Shown here: in pieces, positions 55,838 to 64,000 of the stretch | Position numbering within the stretch: the stretch's first letter is position 1 | Layout of the letters: every line of letters starts with the position of its first letter | Source of the DNA: an uncultured Gammaproteobacteria bacterium | GTDB lineage: Bacteria; Patescibacteriota; Patescibacteriia; Magasanikbacterales; GCA-002688135 | Direction: 5' to 3' | NCBI GenBank assembly: GCA_964536205.1 | Contig: CAZHVT010000002.1 | Coordinates: forward strand, 1,982 to 65,981 | Length of the DNA stretch: 64,000 bases | The notes under the pieces: generated by a model | Told to the model about the DNA's origin: nothing | Databases searched by the model: none | The model's input: the letters and a program-made list of their open reading frames with translations, nothing else | Made by a program: the position numbers and the translations under genes

Positions 55838-57457
55838 TTACAAACCTCCTGCATCAGTAATATCGTGTGGGAGGATTTTTATTTTGATGAGTTTGTCACG
55901 GACAACGCGGACAAAGACATGCATTTCATGAGACTTAAGAATGAGCCCAACAAAGACATACGTAAGACATCCAGCCAATCCAACTGCACACGCTTGAATA
56001 AAGATCCCCATTCCTGTGGTCATATCAACAAGTGACGAAATAGGGGATTTGAGAATCTGCATCACTAACGCCATAGCAAGCGCTGCAACGGTCATTTTAA
56101 AAAGTGAAACTAAGATTCTACGACCATCCAATGATTTTGTTTTGGGAACTAGCATTGTCCATAAAAGTGCGACTTGTACTAAGGCACCAACACTCACACC
56201 CAACGCAATACCTTGCACGCCAATCACGCGAGACGCAAGATACGCAACAAACAAAACAATCGTTTCCGCAAGAATCGCAATCACAACAGGAGTTTTGGTA
56301 TCCTCAAATGCATAAAATCCTCGCACCAGAAGATGAACCAAACCAAGTGCGGCAAATCCAACTGCAAACATCGCAAGTGTATCAAATGTCATGACGGTAT
56401 CTTGCCAATCAAACGCACCAGTTCCCAAAAGCACACGAACAATCTGCGCACGCAAAATCACAAACAAAACTGTAGAAGGGATCATCAAGAATAATATTTG
56501 TCGAACCGTACTTGAAAAACTTTTTGTAAATGTCTCTTGTGTTTTTTCCATCGCACCTTCAGACAGGGTGGGGAAGGCAGCAACAGCATATGAAACCGCA
56601 AAAATCCCAATCGGCACAAATGCAATATTATGTGCCAACTGAAATGCAGAAATCGATCCAGCTGAAAGTGTAGATGTGATTGCGGTCAGTGCAATCAATG
56701 AGACTTGACTCACCGCCAATCCTAAGGTACGAGGTGCCATCAAATACAAAATACGTTTCACCTCATGTGTAAGTTTCAGTGAAAATTGTAAGGTAAATCC
56801 CTGTCCGCGCAAAGCATAATATTGAATCCCTGCATGTAAAAGCGCGCCAAGCACCACACCCCAAGCCAATCCAATAACCCCCATCTTTGAATAAAAAAAT
56901 GTCGCCCCAACAATAATTCCTCCATTATATAAAATCGGAGCAAGCGCAAACACAAAAAATTGTCGAAGAGATTGCAATGCGCCGCCAAGCACAGCAGAAA
57001 ATCCAAGAAAGAAAGGTGATAAAAACATCACGCGCGTAAACGCGACAGCTTGAATATGTGCAGCTTCAGAAAAACCCGGAGCAACAAGTGACATTAATGG
57101 ATCAGCAAAAATAAAAAGAAAAACTGCAGCAATCGCCATCACAATAGAACCCAAACTCAAAACAGTTTGCACAATCGGCCACGAAGCCTTCAGCCCATTC
57201 ATTTTACGAAATTTCGTAAACACCGGAATGAATCCAGCAGAAAGCGCACCCAAAATAATCAAATTAAATAAAAGATCAGGAATTTTAAATGCCGCATAAT
57301 ACGCATCCAAAACCTCACCTGCCCCAAACTGATGCGCGAAAATACGATCACGAATCAATCCAAGAATACGACTTAAAAAAGTAGCACCCGCCATGAGGAC
57401 GGCCGCTCCGGTGATGGAGGTTGAGATGTGGTTCAGGAGTCTTTTTGGCATATTCAT
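55838..57457 (-). CDS. murJ: Lipid II flippase MurJ
   Basis: LSRILGLIRD, DAYYAAFKIPD, GALSAGFIPVF, RGFYAFEDTKTP; ATG 57463 of the track lies inside the repeat. Confidence 0.95.
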   Translation of the reverse strand: MNMPKRLLNHISTSITGAAVLMAGATFLSRILGLIRDRIFAHQFGAGEVLDAYYAAFKIPDLLFNLIILGALSAGFIPVFTKFRKMNGLKASWPIVQTVLSLGSIVMAIAAVFLFIFADPLMSLVAPGFSEAAHIQAVAFTRVMFLSPFFLGFSAVLGGALQSLRQFFVFALAPILYNGGIIVGATFFYSKMGVIGLAWGVVLGALLHAGIQYYALRGQGFTLQFSLKLTHEVKRILYLMAPRTLGLAVSQVSLIALTAITSTLSAGSISAFQLAHNIAFVPIGIFAVSYAVAAFPTLSEGAMEKTQETFTKSFSSTVRQILFLMIPSTVLFVILRAQIVRVLLGTGAFDWQDTVMTFDTLAMFAVGFAALGLVHLLVRGFYAFEDTKTPVVIAILAETIVLFVAYLASRVIGVQGIALGVSVGALVQVALLWTMLVPKTKSLDGRRILVSLFKMTVAALAMALVMQILKSPISSLVDMTTGMGIFIQACAVGLAGCLTYVFVGLILKSHEMHVFVRVVRDKLIKIKILPHDITDAGGL

Positions 57458-57534
57458 TGTCATCCCGGCGCAGGCCGGGATCCATTGTCCGGATCATTAC
57501 AACGCATGGATCCCGGCCTGCGCCGGGATGACAA
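57457..57534. repeat. Palindromic REP-like element, copy 4
   Basis: TTGTCATCCCGGCGCAGGCCGGGATCCAT...ATGGATCCCGGCCTGCGCCGGGATGACAA. Confidence 0.92.
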
Positions 57535-57535
57535 G

Positions 57536-58318
57536 TTACTTCTTTTTCTTGAAAATCTTTTTCGCAATCAAATCTTTCTTTTCTTTGAGTTTTTTAAAAC
57601 GAGTTGATTTTTCAGCATGCTTGCCATAACCAAATCTATAATTAAACAGATCGTGTTTTACACTACCCAAAGTAGACATATGCAATTCACACGCAGCATA
57701 TTTGGCCATAGTTTTAAGTCGTCCATCTTTTTGTAAACGACGCGTACTTGTCAAAATAGGCGCACTTCGCAAAACCCCAAATGAACCATAATGCGCGGCA
57801 CGCTGCACATAATCATGATCCTCCGCCAACTTCACCTCCTCATCAAAACCACTAATTTTCTCATGAATCTCTCGCATGATAAAAATACAAAATCCCGGAG
57901 CATGAGGTTTGAGTTTTTCAGTAAGACGCGTATATCCGTTATAAGCTTTATACAATAATGCATCAATCATTTGACCATCAGAAGCCTTGATATCACATGT
58001 CGCAATATCAAGATTTCGAGATTTCATTTCATCCAACGTATCCTCAAGATATGTCGAAGAGGGAAATCGAACATCAGCATCAAAAAAAATGAGAAGTTTT
58101 GTACGCGCAACAGCAGCACCAGCATTTCGTCCAGCGGAAGGTAATCCGCCCTCCACAACGCGCGCGCCGTTCATATGAGCTATTTCACGTGTACGATCTG
58201 TCGAATGCGCATCAGCAATAATCACTTCATGAGGCTGACGAGTTTGCTCCTTAATATCCTTCAACAATAAAGGAAGATATTGTTCTTCGTTATATGTAGG
58301 AATAATAATCGAAAACAT
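57536..58318 (-). CDS. GT2 family glycosyltransferase
   Basis: IIIPTYNEE, DAHSTD, GRNAGA, FFDAD, GFDE...EDHD, TSTRR. Confidence 0.92.
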   Translation of the reverse strand: MFSIIIPTYNEEQYLPLLLKDIKEQTRQPHEVIIADAHSTDRTREIAHMNGARVVEGGLPSAGRNAGAAVARTKLLIFFDADVRFPSSTYLEDTLDEMKSRNLDIATCDIKASDGQMIDALLYKAYNGYTRLTEKLKPHAPGFCIFIMREIHEKISGFDEEVKLAEDHDYVQRAAHYGSFGVLRSAPILTSTRRLQKDGRLKTMAKYAACELHMSTLGSVKHDLFNYRFGYGKHAEKSTRFKKLKEKKDLIAKKIFKKKK

Positions 58319-58319
58319 A

Positions 58320-58991
58320 TCAAAATGTATGTGGAACTGTCACAATCAATTTCATAGCCTCAACACCCTTTCGACGCAAATCATAATTCTCAATCAACAA
58401 ACTTCCAGAAATTTCACCTCGCTTAAATTCAGCTTCAAAATTATTTGCATTGTCAAAACGAGTTGTCACGCGCACGCCAGCATCCTCAAAAGCTCGCATA
58501 TAAAAATCTCGAACTTCTTCAATATCTTCAGGAAGCTCGCCCCATGAAAGTGTAATTCGATCCGAAGAGCTTTCATCACCAGGGGTCAAAAAGATTTCTC
58601 GAATTTCACCTCCTGCTGCGACAAATTGATCAAGCAATGATGGACTTTCGGATTTACGCAGAGAAATAATTTTCTCAATCGGATTATAAATCAAACGAGG
58701 AAGTGCTGTTGCAGTTGAAAGTGTTCGATTTGCATTTACTGCCCGCGTAACTTTGATAGATCGAATTGAATCTGGCTCAAACACAGAAACAGCCTCTGGA
58801 AAATGATCAGGAACTTGAGATAAATTGATGGTCCGTGGCCCCCATGCAATTCTCAAAATCAACAGCATCAAAATACCAATCATCACCAAACATCCACATG
58901 ACGAAAAACACCCGCCTCGCAGACAGGATCGTTTTTCCGATAAAATCGGCTCTTGTACATCACTGACGGCTTCTTCGTGGATTCGTGACAT
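58320..58991 (-). CDS. Hypothetical single-TM protein
   Basis: Cys-rich pre-TM (SCLRGGCFSSCGC) plus TM; start ATG 58991 preferred. Confidence 0.65.
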   Translation of the reverse strand: MSRIHEEAVSDVQEPILSEKRSCLRGGCFSSCGCLVMIGILMLLILRIAWGPRTINLSQVPDHFPEAVSVFEPDSIRSIKVTRAVNANRTLSTATALPRLIYNPIEKIISLRKSESPSLLDQFVAAGGEIREIFLTPGDESSSDRITLSWGELPEDIEEVRDFYMRAFEDAGVRVTTRFDNANNFEAEFKRGEISGSLLIENYDLRRKGVEAMKLIVTVPHTF

Positions 58992-59059
58992 ATTCGAGGT
59001 TATGTTAGCACAGATAGATATCAAAATAAAGACATAAAAAACACCCCATAAGGGTGTTA

Positions 59060-59272
59060 TTAATCGCGATGTTTTGCCTTCAAACGCCACATTCCAGAAT
59101 CAACAACAGGTTCTAATGTGATCGTATATCGATCAGGCCATCGAGTTTCAAGTTCCTGCGAATGTTTCCGTACCGTTTCTTCAGGACCGACTTCGCTAAT
59201 CGAAAAGCAATCGCCCTCTTCAATCGTCTCGACACATTCAGAATCTGGAGGTTCCTTTTTTTCATCATCCAT
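59060..59272 (-). CDS. Small acidic hypothetical protein (70 aa)
   Basis: GAGG SD before ATG 59272; minus-strand TTGCAC-17-TACACT promoter upstream. Confidence 0.5.
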   Translation of the reverse strand: MDDEKKEPPDSECVETIEEGDCFSISEVGPEETVRKHSQELETRWPDRYTITLEPVVDSGMWRLKAKHRD

Positions 59273-59365
59273 GACGTCCTCGCAGGGGATAGAGGTCTCA
59301 AAAAGAACTGTCGCCAGTGTACCCTCGATTGTGATATAGTGCAATATCAGATAATAAGCAATATT

Positions 59366-60721
59366 ATGAAACTACATTTTTTTGGAGCGGCAGGGGAAGT
59401 GACAGGGTCGTTGTATTTATTGGAGATTAAGGATAAGAAGATTATTGTGGATTGTGGGATGTTTCAGGGGAGTAAGTTTGCGGATGTGAAGAATTTGGAG
59501 GCGTTTAAGTTTGATCCTACTGAAATTGATGCGGTGGTGGTGACGCATGCGCACGCAGATCATAATGCGAGAATTCCGAAATTGGTGCATGAAGGATATC
59601 GTGGGCCTGTCTACGCAACAGATGTTTCTGCAAAGCTCATTCCTATTGTGTGGTACGACGCCGCAAAGATCATGGATTATGATCATAAAAAAACTGGCGA
59701 TGAAAGATTATATACCGCAATTGATGTTGATCGTGCAGTAGAACACATCGAACCGGTCGAATATGGAAAAACAATCAACCTCACTCAAGACATTACGATC
59801 ACATTTCATGACGCAGGGCATATTTTGGGCTCAGCATGGGTAACTATTACAAACGAAGATTTTTCATATGTCTTTTCCGGAGATTTAGGAAATGTGGATG
59901 TTCCGTTAGTAAAAGAAAAAGAACCGTATGAAGGTTCTGATGTGTTAATCATGGAATCAACATATGGAGATCGAACGCACGGCCCAGGAACCGACCGAGC
60001 AGAAAAATTAAAAGAAGTTTTGATTGATACGGTTGAGCGCGGCGGAGTTTTAATGATCCCTGCCTTCTCATTAGAACGAACCCAAGAAATTTTATACGAA
60101 TTGAATTATTTGATAGATGAATGTAAATGCGTTCCGAAAGTTCCTATCTTTCTCGATTCCCCCATGGCGATCCGAGCAACAAATGTGTACACCGAATCCA
60201 CACACGTGATGGATAAAGAAGCCAGAGAAAAAGTTGGGGCAGGAGATGCATTATTTGATTTTCCAGGACTCAAAATGACCATGGCGACGGATGAATCAAA
60301 AGCTATCAATAATGTCCCCAATCCTAAAATTATTATTGCAGGTTCAGGCATGATGGCGGGTGGAAGAATCATGCATCATTTAAAACGATATTTGAAAGAT
60401 CCAAAATCGACTTTGCTCATTGTCTCATATCAAGCACAAGGAACACTCGGCAGTAAAATCCAATCCGGCGCAAAGAGCGTTTCAATCTACGGAGAAAAAA
60501 TCGAGATCAAATGTTTAGTCACACAAATCGGCGCATACTCCGCGCATGCAGATTCAGACATGCTCATCGATTGGGTCAAAGGCGCGAAGAAAAAACCAAA
60601 ACACATCTACCTCACACACGGCGATCCAGAATCTGCTGAAGCTCTCGCCGAACGCTTGAGAAATGAACTCGGCTGCGATGTCCGTGTTCCAGCTCGTGGT
60701 GATGTTGCAGAATTACAATAG
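59366..60721 (+). CDS. MBL-fold beta-CASP RNA-metabolising hydrolase
   Basis: GAAGEVTGS, THAHADH, AGHILGS, SGDLG, ESTYG, SAHAD, THGD. Confidence 0.94.
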   Translation: MKLHFFGAAGEVTGSLYLLEIKDKKIIVDCGMFQGSKFADVKNLEAFKFDPTEIDAVVVTHAHADHNARIPKLVHEGYRGPVYATDVSAKLIPIVWYDAAKIMDYDHKKTGDERLYTAIDVDRAVEHIEPVEYGKTINLTQDITITFHDAGHILGSAWVTITNEDFSYVFSGDLGNVDVPLVKEKEPYEGSDVLIMESTYGDRTHGPGTDRAEKLKEVLIDTVERGGVLMIPAFSLERTQEILYELNYLIDECKCVPKVPIFLDSPMAIRATNVYTESTHVMDKEAREKVGAGDALFDFPGLKMTMATDESKAINNVPNPKIIIAGSGMMAGGRIMHHLKRYLKDPKSTLLIVSYQAQGTLGSKIQSGAKSVSIYGEKIEIKCLVTQIGAYSAHADSDMLIDWVKGAKKKPKHIYLTHGDPESAEALAERLRNELGCDVRVPARGDVAELQ

Positions 60722-60796
60722 ACCAGCTATAGTACAGTCACTACAAAGCAGACAACCCTAGTGGACCAATCCGCGGGGTTTTGTCGTTGGAGATAT

Positions 60797-62851
60797 ATGA
60801 AATTTAAATTAGAGTCGAAATTCAAACCAGCGGGGGATCAACCAAAGGCAATTAATGCCTTAGTTAAGGGTGTCAAAAAGGGAGAGGAGTTTCAGACATT
60901 GCTCGGTGTAACAGGTTCAGGGAAAACATATGTGATGGCAAATGTCATTGAGAAAGTGCAGAAGCCAACATTGATTATTGTGCATAACAAAACGCTTGCC
61001 GCACAACTCTGTTCCGAGCTGCGAGAATTTTTTCCTCACAACGCAGTTGAGTATTTCGTATCATATTATGATTATTATCAACCAGAAGCATATGTTTCAG
61101 CCTCTGACACATATATCGATAAAGAAGCACAGGTGAATGATGAGATAGACCGATTGCGACACTCAGCGACACAATCATTGCTCACACGGAAAGATGTTAT
61201 TATTGTTGCGAGTGTTTCATGTATATTTTCAATTGGTGCGCCAGAAGAATACATGAAAGGATCGATGAAATTAACAGTTGGGCAAACAGTGACGCGTGGA
61301 GATATCATGCGACATTTAGTTGAAATGCAATTCATCAGAACAAATGCAGATGTACTGCGCGGACAATTTCGAGTACGCGGAGATGTAATCGAATTGCATC
61401 CAGTCCATCAAGAATTTCTAGTGAGAATTACAATGGATGAACAAAAAATAAAAAAACTTGAGATTTTAGATACCATCAAGCATGCAGTAGAGGATGAGCG
61501 CAAAAGCGTGATCGTATTTCCCGCAACACATTACGTCACAGGAGAAGCATCACGCGAAAAAGCGATCAAAACAATCCGAGCAGAATTGAATGAGCGATTG
61601 AAGTTTTATCAAAAAGCAGGAAAAGTACTCGAATCAGAACGAATCGAACGGAGAACTAAAATGGATTTAGAAATGATGAAGAATGTTGGATTCTGTCATG
61701 GAATTGAAAACTACTCGCGACATTTTGATGGACGACATCCTGGAGAAGCGCCAACAACGCTCGTTGATTATTTCCCCGATAACTTCCTCACAATTATCGA
61801 TGAATCACACGTAACAGTCCCACAGATTCGAGGAATGTACGCTGGCGATCACGCACGAAAAAAGCAACTCGTGGAATATGGATTTCGATTACCATCAGCA
61901 ATCGATAACAGACCGTTGCAATTTGATGAATATGAAGATCGTATCAAACAAACAATTTTCACATCAGCTACGCCAAGCGTCTATGAAAAAGAACATGCGG
62001 GAAAACCGGTCGAAATGATTGTGCGTCCAACAGGGTTGGTCGATCCAGAGGTGATCATCAAACCAGTGACGCCAACAGATGAGGTTGAAGGGCAGATTGA
62101 TGATTTGTTGGAAAGAGTTCGAGATAGAATCAAAAAAGGTGAGCGTGTTTTGGTTACAACACTCACAAAGAAAATGGCAGAAGATCTCTCGGATTTTATT
62201 AACGAGGAACACAAAAATTCTGCGGTCTATATTCATTCAGATGTAAAAACAATTGAACGACTCAAGATTTTGGAGAAATTCAGACGTGGCGATTACGATG
62301 TTTTGGTGGGAGTAAACTTATTGAGAGAAGGATTAGATTTGCCGGAAGTAACACTGGTAGCGATTTTGGATGCAGATAAGGAGGGATTCTTACGATCAGA
62401 AACATCGATCATTCAAACGATGGGACGAGCAGCTCGCAATGTCGATGGACAAGTAGTTTTATATGCAGACAACATCACCGGTTCATTGAAGCGAGCAATT
62501 GAGGAAACAGAACGCCGCCGCGAAATTCAATTAGCATACAACAAAAAACACAACATCACTCCACAAACAATCACAAAGAAAATCAAATCAATCGAATCAG
62601 AATTCGGATTAACTTCAGATGAAGACAAAGAAAAACGAGAAAAGAAACAAACAGTCATTCAGAAAATCATGGCGCTGGAACTTGCGCCATCATACGGAAT
62701 GGATCCAGCAAAACTCATCAAACAAAAAACAAAGGATATGAAAGAGGCTGCGGCGAATCTAGAATTCGAATTGGCAGCAATACTGCGTGATGAAATTAAG
62801 GAGTTATCAAAACAAACAAGGATCAAAAAGCCAAAGTCGAAGAAGAAGTGA
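60797..62851 (+). CDS. uvrB: Excinuclease ABC subunit B
   Basis: GVTGSGKT, YFVSYYDYYQPEAY, DESH, NLLREGLDLPEV, GRAARN, UVR tail. Confidence 0.98.
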   Translation: MKFKLESKFKPAGDQPKAINALVKGVKKGEEFQTLLGVTGSGKTYVMANVIEKVQKPTLIIVHNKTLAAQLCSELREFFPHNAVEYFVSYYDYYQPEAYVSASDTYIDKEAQVNDEIDRLRHSATQSLLTRKDVIIVASVSCIFSIGAPEEYMKGSMKLTVGQTVTRGDIMRHLVEMQFIRTNADVLRGQFRVRGDVIELHPVHQEFLVRITMDEQKIKKLEILDTIKHAVEDERKSVIVFPATHYVTGEASREKAIKTIRAELNERLKFYQKAGKVLESERIERRTKMDLEMMKNVGFCHGIENYSRHFDGRHPGEAPTTLVDYFPDNFLTIIDESHVTVPQIRGMYAGDHARKKQLVEYGFRLPSAIDNRPLQFDEYEDRIKQTIFTSATPSVYEKEHAGKPVEMIVRPTGLVDPEVIIKPVTPTDEVEGQIDDLLERVRDRIKKGERVLVTTLTKKMAEDLSDFINEEHKNSAVYIHSDVKTIERLKILEKFRRGDYDVLVGVNLLREGLDLPEVTLVAILDADKEGFLRSETSIIQTMGRAARNVDGQVVLYADNITGSLKRAIEETERRREIQLAYNKKHNITPQTITKKIKSIESEFGLTSDEDKEKREKKQTVIQKIMALELAPSYGMDPAKLIKQKTKDMKEAAANLEFELAAILRDEIKELSKQTRIKKPKSKKK

Positions 62852-64000
62852 AGATGCGCCAATCCCATTCATCGTAGGTTTTGATCCAGTATTCATCGGT
62901 GATGAGCGTTGGATCAAGATCGATACGATGAGAAGTTCCGCCATTAGGATAGTTATCGATCCAAAAGTTTAACGGATATGAATCGGTCGTTTCATCATAA
63001 AAAAGCAATAAAGCATCAACAGGGGGATCAAGTTTTTGTGTGGCTTCAAAAAACGCTTGAGGAGTTGAAGTGGAAATGATTGAAGTTAACGTATCTAATC
63101 GATCAGAAAACCCAGCAGCGAAATGAGAGTAATGTTCATTGTGAGAAATATAATATTTCAGCGGAAGATACGTATTGATTTCCGGTCGCGTCGGCGCAAG
63201 CCATGTGCGATCTGCATAATCCGGAGCATGTTCGCGGATAGATTCTGCCAAAATAAACTCCTTTGGCACAAGAGTATTTTCATTCATCTGCTCGATAATT
63301 CCGGGACGATCAATCATATCTATAAGTGGCGAAAGACTTCCAAGAATTACGACACCTACGACACCCGCAGAAATCTGCGCGGAACGACCATATCGAAATG
63401 AAAGATAATAAAAAGCCTGAAGTAGTACATGTCCAAGTCCAACAGCTAAACATGCGCGCACAAGATAGAGAAATGGTTTTGAGGGAAGTAGTGGAGTCGC
63501 ATCCTTCACAAACTGGAACAATCCGAAAAATTGATAGAGATATGAAATCGCAAACAGAATCAAAACAGAACTGAAAAATCGTTTCTTGCGAGCAAGAATC
63601 AAACCAATCAATCCAACAAGGGAAAGTACTCCGCGCAAACTAAATTCAGCCCACGGAGTAAAAGTAAGAATATCGTGAATGCTAAAGTATGTGCCTTGTG
63701 CGAGGTCAATGCCATGAATTTGAATCGATTGATAGAGCGGAACAAGATACGGAGATGAAAAAGCAAGAACAAAAATTCCTAAAAAAATGAGATGCATGAC
63801 ATTATGAAATCGATGGGGTGGAAGGAAGACGAGAAATGCGAGCGTGGCGGCAATCAGAACTCCCCAGAAATAATATGACATCAAAATAATCGCACCAGAA
63901 ATTCCATAGAAAAATAAATGTTTGAGTTTCCATCGATCCTTTTGGAACTGTACGCCGATCGCGCCGACAAGCAGTACACTCAATAACGCAGACAAAGCTT
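62823..64000 (-). CDS. GT-C membrane glycosyltransferase, arabinofuranosyltransferase AftA-like (5' end outside window)
   Basis: Multi-TM followed by YYISHNEHYSHFAAGFSDR...FFEATQKLDPPVDALLL, resembling the AftA C-terminal domain as recalled. Confidence 0.6.
   Translation of the reverse strand, partial: ALSALLSVLLVGAIGVQFQKDRWKLKHLFFYGISGAIILMSYYFWGVLIAATLAFLVFLPPHRFHNVMHLIFLGIFVLAFSSPYLVPLYQSIQIHGIDLAQGTYFSIHDILTFTPWAEFSLRGVLSLVGLIGLILARKKRFFSSVLILFAISYLYQFFGLFQFVKDATPLLPSKPFLYLVRACLAVGLGHVLLQAFYYLSFRYGRSAQISAGVVGVVILGSLSPLIDMIDRPGIIEQMNENTLVPKEFILAESIREHAPDYADRTWLAPTRPEINTYLPLKYYISHNEHYSHFAAGFSDRLDTLTSIISTSTPQAFFEATQKLDPPVDALLLFYDETTDSYPLNFWIDNYPNGGTSHRIDLDPTLITDEYWIKTYDEWDWRIFTSSSTLAF

Noticed and set aside
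59162-59365. N-terminal extension of the beta-CASP ORF (likewise track starts at 21597, 25165, 27535, 60761)
   Set aside because: Family homology begins at the downstream ATG; the extensions overlap neighbouring genes, promoters or terminators
1-64000. Alternative genetic code (TGA read as Gly or Trp)
   Set aside because: Conserved genes such as glyQS, pgi and uvrB end at TGA at expected lengths, and none is interrupted by it

Overview
This 64 kb window is bacterial chromosome read in the standard code (TGA is used as stop). It is most likely from a Patescibacteria/CPR organism. That assignment is inferred from AT-rich, SD-less housekeeping genes, the gene repertoire and a MEMO1-CapA fusion. 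Housekeeping content: glyQS (3' end), M16 peptidase, tpiA, pgi, ppa, rpmG (missed by the ORF track), four tRNAs, metK under a SAM-I riboswitch, pyrF, msrA, cyclophilin, ndh, HU, yidC, CIRCE-hrcA-grpE-dnaK-(3 inserted genes)-dnaJ, rnhA, recJ, lepA, murJ, a beta-CASP nuclease and uvrB. Interspersed are self-contained, GC-richer cassettes, typically with promoter, strong SD and terminator: VIT-vWA, a RavA/ViaA-like pair, vWA plus Zn-ribbon-FHA, a SpoT-like HD hydrolase, a DUF3164-like protein, a Cys-rich protein and a likely DGR-type variable gene. The best candidates for undescribed biology are five. (1) A four-gene operon of CotH kinase, VTC polyphosphate polymerase, DUF4956 membrane protein and exported CYTH lipoprotein, which could be a trans-membrane polyphosphate relay. 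(2) An unassigned ~270 nt structured RNA with its own promoter and terminator upstream of hrcA. (3) An orphan DGR-like target gene. (4) An AftA-like GT-C. (5) Palindromic repeat families that sit just before start codons and have entered coding sequences. All family calls come from motif recognition by eye; no searches were run. No CRISPR array, rRNA, integrase or transposase was seen.
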